NCBI GenBank assembly: GCA_965195285.1
Contig: CBDAFS010000014.1
Coordinates: forward strand, 1-64,000
Direction of reading: 5' to 3'
Source: an uncultured Aminicenantes bacterium
GTDB taxonomy: Bacteria > Acidobacteriota > Aminicenantia > UBA2199
DNA: 64,000 nt
Below are positions 18,218 to 26,865 of the stretch, piece by piece. Positions within the stretch are counted from its first letter, which is position 1. Every line of letters starts with the position of its first letter. A program made the translations under genes and the position numbers. Below the pieces are notes generated by a model that ran no database searches, was not told the origin of the DNA, and saw nothing but the letters and a program-made list of their open reading frames with translations.

Positions 18218-20257
18218 ATGATTTCCCGTCGAAACTCAAAATATCTTTCAAAGGAAACAGTTCAAAGCCTTCCCAGAATTCCTTTTGAGGGCTATATTGA
18301 CCTGACCTACCGCTGCAACCTGGATTGTCGCCACTGCTGGGTACGGATTCCGGCGAATTCCCCTGAAAAGAAAAACGAGCTCAGTGTCAGTGAGGTAAAA
18401 GAGATCGTTGACGAATCCTGGAAAATGGGCTGCCGAAACTGGTATATCTCCGGCGGTGAGCCCCTGCTCAGACCTGACTTTCCCGAAATATTTGAGCATA
18501 TCATCAGCAAATCGGCTCTGTATTCTTTGAATACCAATGGAACCCTGATTACTCCGGAGATTGCCCGGATGATGAAGCGAAAAGGCCAGAAATGGATTGC
18601 GCTCTACGGTGCCACGCCTGAGGTTTACGATCATATCACCCGAGTGCCCGGATCGTTTGAAGCCGCGATGAGAGGTTTTGCCCGTTTGAAAGAGGCCGGG
18701 GCCGGATTTGTGGTCCAGATCATTCCCCTGAAGGACAATTACCATCAGTTTGAGGATATGGTAAGGCTGGCCGAATCTCTCAGTCCCTACTGGCGTATCG
18801 GGATATCCTGGCTCTACCTTTCTGCTTCAGGAGATCCGGTAAAGAACAAAGAGATCAGGGGCCAGAGGCTCGAACCGGAGATCTTGGTAAAGCTGATGGG
18901 ATCGGATGTCTTATCCGATGATTCGGTTGAGGGAGAAAACGAAACCTGTTCGGGGCACTATTTTGGAAAGGAAAAACCTTTTGCCGCCTGCATTGATTCC
19001 AAGCGTGATTTTCATATTGATCCTTACGGTCGGCTGGGTTTCTGCGGTTTCATAAAAGATCTATCACGACTCTATCAAATTCGCCAGGGGAGTTTTGAGG
19101 AAGGGTGGAACCATTTTATCCCCTCTCTGGCAGATGAAATCAGAGTTCAATCCGAATCCATGGAATATTGCGCAACCTGTGAGATAAAATCGGAATGTTC
19201 ACAGTGTGCGGCCTATTCCTATCTGGAGAATCGGGACTATGGGAGCCGTGTCGATTACCTGTGCAGGATCGAAAAAGAGATCAAACGATACCGGGACAAA
19301 TGGAGAAAATCACATCGCCGTTATTATCAAATCGCCGGCTTGACCATTCAGGTCAATGCCGATTTGCCCATAACCGATTCCACCTTTCTTCCCGTATTGA
19401 AGCGGTTTGAAGTAAAAGGACCGGGAGATGACATTGTCATCTCCCACCACTTCACCCTGCCTGATATTGGCAGCAGGGACCTGGGCCGGGAAATTTACCG
19501 AAGACCACCCTGGGCAATTTACCGGAAAGGAAAATCCTGGATTTACCTATATATTGTGTCGGAGGATGACCACGACTCTCCGTTTCAGATTGCGGTGTTT
19601 AACCGTGATTACAGTCGGGCCATCGTATATACCAAAGGTAATAGAGCCTTTTCCCGGGGCAATCTGAACGCCCTGACCCTTCTTCCCACCGACCAGGTCC
19701 TTCTGGCCAGGTTCCTGGCTCATCAGCAGGCCTGTTTACTTCATTCCAGTGGAGTAATTTTTGAAGGGAACGGTCTGCTTTTTGTCGGTCACTCGGAAGC
19801 CGGAAAATCCACCATGGTAAAAATATTGAAAACCGGATCGGAAATTCTATGCGATGACCGGAATATCATCCGGAAATGGCCTGAAGGATACCGGATTTAC
19901 GGCACCTGGAGCCATGGTGAAGTCCCGCTGGTTTCTCCCGCTTCCGCCCCGCTTAGAGCCGTTTTTTTTCTGCATAAAAACCAGGAAAACAACATCTCGC
20001 CTGTCACCGATAAGGCCGAGGCCGTCAGGAATATTTTGGGTTGCCTGATAAAGCCCCTTCAGACTGAGTATTGGTGGAAAACGATGTTGGGGTTTGTGGA
20101 ACAGCTGGTTCGCAACATTCCCTGCTACAACCTACATTTTGACAAAACTGGTCAGATTGTGGATTTGTTAAAGGAGTGTCTTCTAAATGATAAAAGAGAA
20201 AGTACCAAGTCCGGTTCTGAAGCATATGGGAATTCCACATGTTCTGAATTGAAATAA
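18218..20257 (+). CDS. Radical SAM/SPASM protein fused to a C-terminal HPr-kinase-like (ScmC-like) P-loop domain
   Basis: CNLDCRHC, SGGEP, SPASM CATC..SECSQC..YLC; C-terminal LHSSGV, GHSEAGKST (Walker A) and LCDD. Confidence 0.85.
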   Translation: MISRRNSKYLSKETVQSLPRIPFEGYIDLTYRCNLDCRHCWVRIPANSPEKKNELSVSEVKEIVDESWKMGCRNWYISGGEPLLRPDFPEIFEHIISKSALYSLNTNGTLITPEIARMMKRKGQKWIALYGATPEVYDHITRVPGSFEAAMRGFARLKEAGAGFVVQIIPLKDNYHQFEDMVRLAESLSPYWRIGISWLYLSASGDPVKNKEIRGQRLEPEILVKLMGSDVLSDDSVEGENETCSGHYFGKEKPFAACIDSKRDFHIDPYGRLGFCGFIKDLSRLYQIRQGSFEEGWNHFIPSLADEIRVQSESMEYCATCEIKSECSQCAAYSYLENRDYGSRVDYLCRIEKEIKRYRDKWRKSHRRYYQIAGLTIQVNADLPITDSTFLPVLKRFEVKGPGDDIVISHHFTLPDIGSRDLGREIYRRPPWAIYRKGKSWIYLYIVSEDDHDSPFQIAVFNRDYSRAIVYTKGNRAFSRGNLNALTLLPTDQVLLARFLAHQQACLLHSSGVIFEGNGLLFVGHSEAGKSTMVKILKTGSEILCDDRNIIRKWPEGYRIYGTWSHGEVPLVSPASAPLRAVFFLHKNQENNISPVTDKAEAVRNILGCLIKPLQTEYWWKTMLGFVEQLVRNIPCYNLHFDKTGQIVDLLKECLLNDKRESTKSGSEAYGNSTCSELK

Positions 20258-20276
20258 GTATACGTTGTTTTTTAAG

Positions 20277-20305
20277 TTGACAGGCAAAAACATTTCGATT
20301 AGAAT
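20277..20305 (+). promoter_or_regulatory. Near-consensus sigma70 promoter for the precursor peptide gene
   Basis: TTGACA-N17-TAGAAT, 22 nt upstream of the ATG at 20328. Confidence 0.7.
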
Positions 20306-20327
20306 TGAAATAAATGAAAGTAAATAA

Positions 20328-20534
20328 ATGAAAAAACAATATTGGACAACTCCCCAGTTGATGGTTTTGGAAAAGAGTCAGCCGGAAGAAAATGTGCTTG
20401 AGCAGTGTAAATCCGTACAAGGGGCTCCATCTACTTCTACCAGTGGGGGACTGACCGGACAAAACTGCAAGGCCCATCCCAAAAATCCTGGGATTTGCAG
20501 TACTTGTCAGGCTGAAGGCGGCGGAGCCAGTTAG
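20328..20534 (+). CDS. Putative RiPP precursor peptide (68 aa)
   Basis: WxxPxL leader motif (YWTTPQL), PEENVL, Cys at 27/47/57/60, Ser/Thr/Gly-rich core, C-terminal Ser; lies among rSAM/PqqD genes and has its own promoter. Confidence 0.75.
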   Translation: MKKQYWTTPQLMVLEKSQPEENVLEQCKSVQGAPSTSTSGGLTGQNCKAHPKNPGICSTCQAEGGGAS

Positions 20535-20721
20535 TCCGAAAGTCCTGGGTTTTGACTGAAACCTGTTACGCATACAGATAAGTGACATCCAATCATTATT
20601 TTGAAATTGAAGAGTTTCTTTTTTAAAGATAGATTTATATTGACCGACATTTTTCAGGATCAAAATACTGAACCGCTTTTTATATGGATCTGAAAGTTTT
20701 AACTCATCTGAGAAGAATTGG

Positions 20722-21960
20722 GTGCCTGATGTGAACACAAAATCGTATGTAGAAAAAATAAAATCAAGTCAGTCTCTCCTCTGGGATAAGCGATCCCCCC
20801 TGTTGAAAAGAATGGATATAGAGCTCACCGAGCGCTGTAACAACAATTGTATTCATTGCTGTATTAATCTCTCCGCTGATGATCAGCTCGCGAAAGACAA
20901 GGAGCTTTCAACGGATCAGCTAAAAACAATTCTCGAGCAGGCATCCTCACTCGGATGCCTTTCCGTCAGGTTTACCGGTGGCGAACCGCTTTTGCGTGAA
21001 GATTTTGAGGAGTTGTATCTTTTTACCAGAAGACTGGGTATTCGAGTCTCTCTCTTTACTAACGCGACTCTTATCACAGCGCATCTGGCCAAGTTGTTTG
21101 CTCACATCCCCCCCTTGGACGAAATTGAAATTACCGTCTATGGAATGGAGAAGGCTTCATATGAGGGGATTTCCCGAACCCTGGACTCCTTTGAAACCGC
21201 CTGGAAAGGGATACGTTTACTCCTTGAAAAGAAGGTTCCCTTTGTGGTTAAATCGGCATTTCTTCCCTTTAACAAGGGAGAATTTGATAAATTTAAAAAC
21301 TGGGCGGAAACCATTCCCTGGATGAAGGACCCTCCTCCCTATTCTCTTTTTTTTGACCTCAGATGCAGGCGGGATTCAGAGGAGAAAAACCGGATTATCA
21401 GGGGTCTCCGGGTATCGGCACCGGAGGGATTAAGGATTTTGACCCGGATACAACCGGAATTTGCCAAGAATATGAAAGCCTTTTGCGCCAAATTCATGTA
21501 CCCGCCCGGAGACAAATTATTCTCCTGCAGTGCCGGAGTCCAGAGAGGATGTTTGGATGCCTGTGGATATTTTTTCCCCTGCCTGCTGCTCAAACACCCG
21601 GATACAGGATACGATCTTAAAAAGTATTCCCTGAAAGATACCCTGACGAATTTTTTTCCGGAAGTCCGTAAGATGAGGGCCAAAAATCCGGATTACCTGT
21701 CCCGCTGTGCCCGATGTTTCCTGAAAGGTCTCTGCGAACAGTGTCCTGCCAAATCATGGACCGAACACGGAACCCTGGACACGCCGGTCGAGTATCTGTG
21801 CCAGATCGCCCATACCATGGCCAGATATTTCAACTTGCTTGAAGAAGGTGAAAAAGCCTGGGAAGTGAAAAACTGGAGAGAACGGATTGAGAGGTTTTCC
21901 GGTTCAGATTTTTCTTTCGAGAATGAAAAAACAGATGAGACCAAGTCATGCAGTGCTTAG
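20722..21960 (+). CDS. Radical SAM/SPASM peptide maturase
   Basis: CNNNCIHC and TGGEP; SPASM CSAG..PC..CARC..LCEQCPA..YLC. Confidence 0.88.
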   Translation: MPDVNTKSYVEKIKSSQSLLWDKRSPLLKRMDIELTERCNNNCIHCCINLSADDQLAKDKELSTDQLKTILEQASSLGCLSVRFTGGEPLLREDFEELYLFTRRLGIRVSLFTNATLITAHLAKLFAHIPPLDEIEITVYGMEKASYEGISRTLDSFETAWKGIRLLLEKKVPFVVKSAFLPFNKGEFDKFKNWAETIPWMKDPPPYSLFFDLRCRRDSEEKNRIIRGLRVSAPEGLRILTRIQPEFAKNMKAFCAKFMYPPGDKLFSCSAGVQRGCLDACGYFFPCLLLKHPDTGYDLKKYSLKDTLTNFFPEVRKMRAKNPDYLSRCARCFLKGLCEQCPAKSWTEHGTLDTPVEYLCQIAHTMARYFNLLEEGEKAWEVKNWRERIERFSGSDFSFENEKTDETKSCSA

Positions 21961-22043
21961 ATATTTATATAAAGATTAAAAAAGCCGGGCCAAATATTCC
22001 AAACCGGAATCAATCTGATATAATACCCTGATAAGGTGAAACC

Positions 22044-22841
22044 ATGGGATATAGAATAAAAACGGGCCGCTTCCTGATTCGCTTGGGTAAGTTTGTTGAA
22101 TCGCTCGCCATCCAGGTCATGAGACCACAAGATCTGATAGAATTCGGTGCCCAGAGTTACCAAAATCCGGGTTCGGTTGAGGGCTGGAGCCGAAGGGACT
22201 TTGTGGCCGAAGGCCTGATTCCCTGCGAAAAGGACCTGCTGAAAGACATTCCCTTGAAAAAAGGAGGCCTTCTCCTCCTGGGTATGGGGGGTGGCCGGGA
22301 GGCTATCCCTCTGGCCAAGACGGGTTTTTCCGTAACCGGAGTTGACTTTGTTCCCGGAATGGTGGAGCAGGCAACGCGGAATGCGCGTGAACAGGGAGTA
22401 GAAATTGAGGGTATGGTCCAGGAAATTTCAAACATTGAGGTCCCGGCCAATGCGTACAACATCGTCTGGCTCTGTTCGACCATGTACTCCTGTGTGCCCA
22501 CCAGAAAAAAGCGGGTGGAAATGCTCCGGAAGATCCACCGTGCCCTGAAACCCGATGGTTATTTTGTCTGTCAATTCCACTGGGAGCCTCATAGAAGATA
22601 CGGTTCCAGATCGACATTCATCAAAAAAATGTTTTCTTTCCTCACCCTGGGTAATCTTACTTATGAAAGGGGTGACATACTCTGGCAAAATGTGGAGTTC
22701 ATTCACATTTTTTCTTCAGAAGATAAACTCAGATCAGAGTTAAAAGAGGGTGGTTTTGAGGTCATAAAGTTCTATACTCCCGATGATAGTGTGAGGGGAC
22801 AGGCCATTCTTAGGAAAATGACAGACAACATGGAGGTTTGA
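22044..22841 (+). CDS. Class I SAM-dependent methyltransferase
   Basis: LGMGGGRE motif I, VTGVD and LKPDGYF. Confidence 0.85.
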   Translation: MGYRIKTGRFLIRLGKFVESLAIQVMRPQDLIEFGAQSYQNPGSVEGWSRRDFVAEGLIPCEKDLLKDIPLKKGGLLLLGMGGGREAIPLAKTGFSVTGVDFVPGMVEQATRNAREQGVEIEGMVQEISNIEVPANAYNIVWLCSTMYSCVPTRKKRVEMLRKIHRALKPDGYFVCQFHWEPHRRYGSRSTFIKKMFSFLTLGNLTYERGDILWQNVEFIHIFSSEDKLRSELKEGGFEVIKFYTPDDSVRGQAILRKMTDNMEV

Positions 22842-23147
22842 ATGAAAATAAAGATCGATCTTGAGGCAGTATATTTTCCGTCCGGAGATGTGGTGGCCCG
22901 GGAAATCGAAGGAGAAATCATCATTGTCCCGATCGTTGCGGGGATTGGAGATATGGAGGATGAGCTCTATACCTTGAATGCAACCGGAAGAGCGATATGG
23001 AAGAAACTGGATGGAAAAAAAAGTTTACAAAATATTGCAGATGAGCTCAACCAGGAATTCGAATCATCCTTGAAAGAAGTAGAAGGCGATGTCATCGGAT
23101 TCGTGAATGAACTGCTGTCGAGGAAGATCCTTGTCAAGACCGGTTAA
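22842..23147 (+). CDS. PqqD-family RiPP recognition element (stand-alone RRE)
   Basis: REIEGEIIIVP, LYTLNATGRAIWKKLDG and DVIGFVNEL pattern. Confidence 0.88.
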   Translation: MKIKIDLEAVYFPSGDVVAREIEGEIIIVPIVAGIGDMEDELYTLNATGRAIWKKLDGKKSLQNIADELNQEFESSLKEVEGDVIGFVNELLSRKILVKTG

Positions 23148-23148
23148 A

Positions 23149-23577
23149 TTGAAATTGTTCTTACAGATCAAACGACACAGAGAACTTCACCTGTCTGGCA
23201 AAGCGCTGGGGGAGATACTCCGGGCCGTACTGGGTAATGGATTTTCAATCCGATTCAAAGCCAAAGGTTTCAGCATGTTTCCCATTATCAAGGACGGAGA
23301 CATTATTACCGTTTCACCCTTATCCGGGGTTCCGATTCGCTCCGGAGACATTATTGCCTTTATCCATCCCCAGACGGAAAAGCTTGTGGTTCACCGGTTG
23401 ATTGACACCAGGGAAAAGGTTTTTCTGACCAAGGGAGACAATAGCCTGGAAACAGACGGGGATATACCCGGAACCCATATTCTGGGGAAGCTCAACCTGA
23501 TAGAAAAGAAGGGGAAATCCAGATTGACGAAGAAATTTTTTGGCCTGATAAGAAAAACCATTTCTCAGAATGGATAA
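23149..23577 (+). CDS. S24/S26-family peptidase without a membrane anchor (start uncertain, 23107 or 23149)
   Basis: GFSMFP, GDII, VVHRL and KGDN motifs (Ser-His type). Confidence 0.75.
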   Translation: MKLFLQIKRHRELHLSGKALGEILRAVLGNGFSIRFKAKGFSMFPIIKDGDIITVSPLSGVPIRSGDIIAFIHPQTEKLVVHRLIDTREKVFLTKGDNSLETDGDIPGTHILGKLNLIEKKGKSRLTKKFFGLIRKTISQNG

Positions 23578-24685
23578 TCCATATAGCTCCTCCTCGCCCC
23601 TGCCTGAATTTTCACTCTGGAAAAAAACCGAAGAAAAAAACACACTTCTTTCTTTGGACATGGAGATAACGGCCCGGTGTAACCATAATTGTCGTCATTG
23701 TTATATTAATTTGCCCGCCAATGACAAAACAGCGGAAGCAAGAGAATTCCCGATAAAGAAGATAAAGGAAATTGTGGATGAGGCTGTTTCTCTTGGGGCA
23801 CTCTGGTCTCTTCTGACCGGCGGAGAACCGCTCTTAAGAAAGGATTTTTTCGATATTTACGTCTATCTTAAAGAAAAAGGTTTCCTGGTCTCATTGTTTA
23901 CCAATGCCACCCTTATCACTGAAGAACATATTAATTTTTTCAAAAAGTATCCTCCCCGAAATATTGAAGTGTCGGTATATGGTGTAACCGAGAAAACCTA
24001 TGAAAACATAACCCGAAGACCAGGCTCATTTGCGGCCTTCCGAAGGGGGCTCGACCTGCTTCTGAAAAGCAGGATAAAAATCCGGCTCAAGGCCATGGCC
24101 CTTCGATCGAATGTTCATGAATTGCCGGAGATTTCACGGTTTTGCCGGGAGAAGACAAAAGATTACTTCCGCTTTGATCCCTTCCTTCATTTAAGATATG
24201 ATCGGGATCCGGACAGAAACAGAGAAATCATATCCGAGAGGCTTTCTCCGGATGAAATCGTTGCGCTGGAAAAATCCGACCCCGAGCGATTCCGTGCTCT
24301 TGAGGATAATTGTGACAGCCTTATTCTTGCCGATGGTGTTGATCAGGTTGACAACCATCTCTTTTCATGCAGTCCGGGCAGCAGACACGGTGTTATCGGT
24401 TATGACGGGAAATTCCGCCTGTGTTATTCTCTCTGGCATCCTGATACCGTTTATGACCTGACAACCGGCAGTCTCTCCGATGCATTTCGTCATTTTGTTC
24501 CCCGCATCCGGCAGATGCAGTCCAACAAAAAAGAATTTCTGGAAAAATGCCGGCAATGCAAGCTGATCAATCTCTGCATGTGGTGCCCAGCCCATGCCCA
24601 TCTGGAAACAGGAGAGATGGATACTCCGGTTGACTATTTTTGTCAGATCGCCCATGCTCGAGCAGAGATGCTGGTGAAAAAATAG
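23570..24685 (+). CDS. Radical SAM/SPASM peptide maturase
   Basis: CNHNCRHC and TGGEP; SPASM CSPG..LC..CRQC..LCMWCPA..YFC. Confidence 0.88.
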   Translation: MDNPYSSSSPLPEFSLWKKTEEKNTLLSLDMEITARCNHNCRHCYINLPANDKTAEAREFPIKKIKEIVDEAVSLGALWSLLTGGEPLLRKDFFDIYVYLKEKGFLVSLFTNATLITEEHINFFKKYPPRNIEVSVYGVTEKTYENITRRPGSFAAFRRGLDLLLKSRIKIRLKAMALRSNVHELPEISRFCREKTKDYFRFDPFLHLRYDRDPDRNREIISERLSPDEIVALEKSDPERFRALEDNCDSLILADGVDQVDNHLFSCSPGSRHGVIGYDGKFRLCYSLWHPDTVYDLTTGSLSDAFRHFVPRIRQMQSNKKEFLEKCRQCKLINLCMWCPAHAHLETGEMDTPVDYFCQIAHARAEMLVKK

Positions 24686-24788
24686 ACAGATTTTGGCCCT
24701 CTATTTGGATTTAAAAAAATATAACCTCAGGTATTTGATTTAGGTCTTAATTATGTTATTTTTATAAATTGAGACCGAGGAGTAAATC

Positions 24789-26165
24789 ATGAAAACATTG
24801 ATCGAGCCCTTTAAAATCAAGATGGTTGAAGCCATCCGCCAGACCACGGAAAAGGAACGGGAAAAAATATTAAAAGATGCTCATTACAATATATTTCTGG
24901 TTGAGGCTGAACACATCCTTATCGATTTTCTAACCGACAGCGGCACCGGGGCCATGAGTGACCGGCAGTGGGGCGCGGTCATGATCGGGGATGAGTCCTA
25001 TGCCGGCAGCAGGAGTTTTTTCAAATTCGAGAAAGCCGTCAGGGATATCATGGGATTCAATCACATTATTCCCACCCATCAGGGCCGGGCAGCCGAACGA
25101 ATACTGTTTTCCATGCTGGCCAAAAAAGGTCAGGTCATTCCCAATAATACCCATTTTGATACCACCCGGGCCAATATTGAATACAATGAGGCCGAAGCCC
25201 TGGATTTTGTGATTCCCGAGGGCCAGATCCCGGAAAAGATCCACCCCTTCAAGGGCAATATGGATCTGGTAAAATTGGCGGAGTTTCTGGAAAAAAATCA
25301 TCAAAAAGTTCCCATGGGCATGACCACCATTACCAACAATTCCGGAGGCGGCCAGCCCGTATCCATGGAGAATATCCGGGAAACAGCGAAACTGTATAAA
25401 AAATATAACATTCCCTTTTTCATTGATGCCTGTCGTTTTGCCGAAAATGCCTACTTTGTCAAACTGAGGGAAAAGGGGTATGGAGACAAATCCATACCCG
25501 AGATTACCCGGGAAATGTTCTCCCATGCCGATGGCTGCACCATGAGTGCCAAAAAGGACGGGCTGGTTAATATGGGCGGATTCATTGCCCTGAATGATGA
25601 CCGGCTGGCCATGCAAGCCCGCAACCTGCTGATCCTGACCGAGGGTTTTCCCAGTTACGGCGGGCTATCCGGGAGGGACCTGGAAGCACTGGCTGTGGGC
25701 CTAAGAGAGGTGTTGGGTGAAGATTACCTAAAATACCGCCTGAGAACCGCCGAATACATGGGCGAGAAGCTGATCGAGGCCGGGGTGAGCATCATCCGTC
25801 CCACCGGAGGTCATGCCGTGTATATCGATGCCAAGCATTTTTATCCCCATATTCCCAGTAGCCAGTATCCGGGCCAGACCCTGGTCTGCGAGCTCTATAA
25901 AATGGGCGGAATCCGGGCGGTTGAAATCGGTTCGGTCATGTTTGCCAGAAAGCAGAAGGGTTCAAAACAGGAAAAACCGGCGGTCATGGAGCTGGTCAGG
26001 CTGGCCTTCCCTCGCCGGGTGTACACCCAGAGCCATTTTGATTATGCCATCGAAGTGATCATCAAGACCTTCAAGCAAAGAAAAAAATCCAGGGGATTCG
26101 AGATTATCTGGGAACCACCATTTCTCAGGCATTTTACCGCCCATTTCAAGCCGGTTTCCGGATGA
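24789..26165 (+). CDS. tnaA: Tryptophanase
   Basis: EPFKIK, DFLTDSGT, HQGRAAE and SAKKD (PLP Lys); LRHFTA favours Tnase over TPL (LRFFTA). Confidence 0.88.
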   Translation: MKTLIEPFKIKMVEAIRQTTEKEREKILKDAHYNIFLVEAEHILIDFLTDSGTGAMSDRQWGAVMIGDESYAGSRSFFKFEKAVRDIMGFNHIIPTHQGRAAERILFSMLAKKGQVIPNNTHFDTTRANIEYNEAEALDFVIPEGQIPEKIHPFKGNMDLVKLAEFLEKNHQKVPMGMTTITNNSGGGQPVSMENIRETAKLYKKYNIPFFIDACRFAENAYFVKLREKGYGDKSIPEITREMFSHADGCTMSAKKDGLVNMGGFIALNDDRLAMQARNLLILTEGFPSYGGLSGRDLEALAVGLREVLGEDYLKYRLRTAEYMGEKLIEAGVSIIRPTGGHAVYIDAKHFYPHIPSSQYPGQTLVCELYKMGGIRAVEIGSVMFARKQKGSKQEKPAVMELVRLAFPRRVYTQSHFDYAIEVIIKTFKQRKKSRGFEIIWEPPFLRHFTAHFKPVSG

Positions 26166-26183
26166 AAAATTTATAAAAATAGA

Positions 26184-26861
26184 ATGATGGCCAGAAATGA
26201 AAAATCCCGCTACGATTTTAATTTCAAGAAATCGTTAAAAAAGACCAGTCAGTATCCCATTATCAGCCATATCAAGGTCGACCGCTATATCAACCGTCCT
26301 CTGGCTACCCTGGTGGTGCGGGCCCTGCTGAATACCCCTGTTACCCCCAATCAGGTTACGGTTGTTGGTTTTTTTATCGGAATAGCCGCTGCTTTTCTGT
26401 ATCTGGGAGCCAGCCATGGTCATTACATTGCGGCCGGTATTCTGATTCAGGTATCCTCGGTACTGGATGGAGCCGATGGCATGCTGGCCCGCCTTCGCAA
26501 TAACTGCAGTGATTACGGTTCCTTTCTGGATCTTTTCCTGGACCGGATTAATGACTATTTTTTGTTCTGCGGTATTACTTTTGGCAATTATCTGGCTACC
26601 GGAAATTTTAAGTTCTTTGTCTTTTGCCTGCTTTGTCTGGCCCTGTATTTTCTTTCGATCAATCTGTACTATTTGACCAAATTTTTTAAAAAGGATTATA
26701 AGTCCGGTCAGGCTGCAGAATCCAGGGCCCTGGTTTTGTTTATGGTCTTCATCCTGTCTTTGGCCAATCAGTTGACTCTGTTGCTCATTCTGTTAGCGAC
26801 GATTGCCATCGGCAGCACCATGGTAAAGATCATCAACCTGATCCGCTATCGAAGGGATTAG
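26184..26861 (+). CDS. CDP-alcohol phosphatidyltransferase family protein
   Basis: TPNQVT and the DGADGMLAR..G..LD..LD signature. Confidence 0.88.
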   Translation: MMARNEKSRYDFNFKKSLKKTSQYPIISHIKVDRYINRPLATLVVRALLNTPVTPNQVTVVGFFIGIAAAFLYLGASHGHYIAAGILIQVSSVLDGADGMLARLRNNCSDYGSFLDLFLDRINDYFLFCGITFGNYLATGNFKFFVFCLLCLALYFLSINLYYLTKFFKKDYKSGQAAESRALVLFMVFILSLANQLTLLLILLATIAIGSTMVKIINLIRYRRD

Positions 26862-26865
26862 TCAC

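Noticed and set aside
18218-24685. Lasso peptide cluster
   Set aside because: The leader motif, RRE and kinase are lasso-like, but there is no asparagine-synthetase-type cyclase and no transglutaminase-type B2 protease
16102-26165. sat, DUF4846 or tnaA as members of the RiPP cluster
   Set aside because: They are separated by spacers with promoter-like or AT-rich sequence, there is no sulfotransferase or APS kinase, and the only link is adjacency
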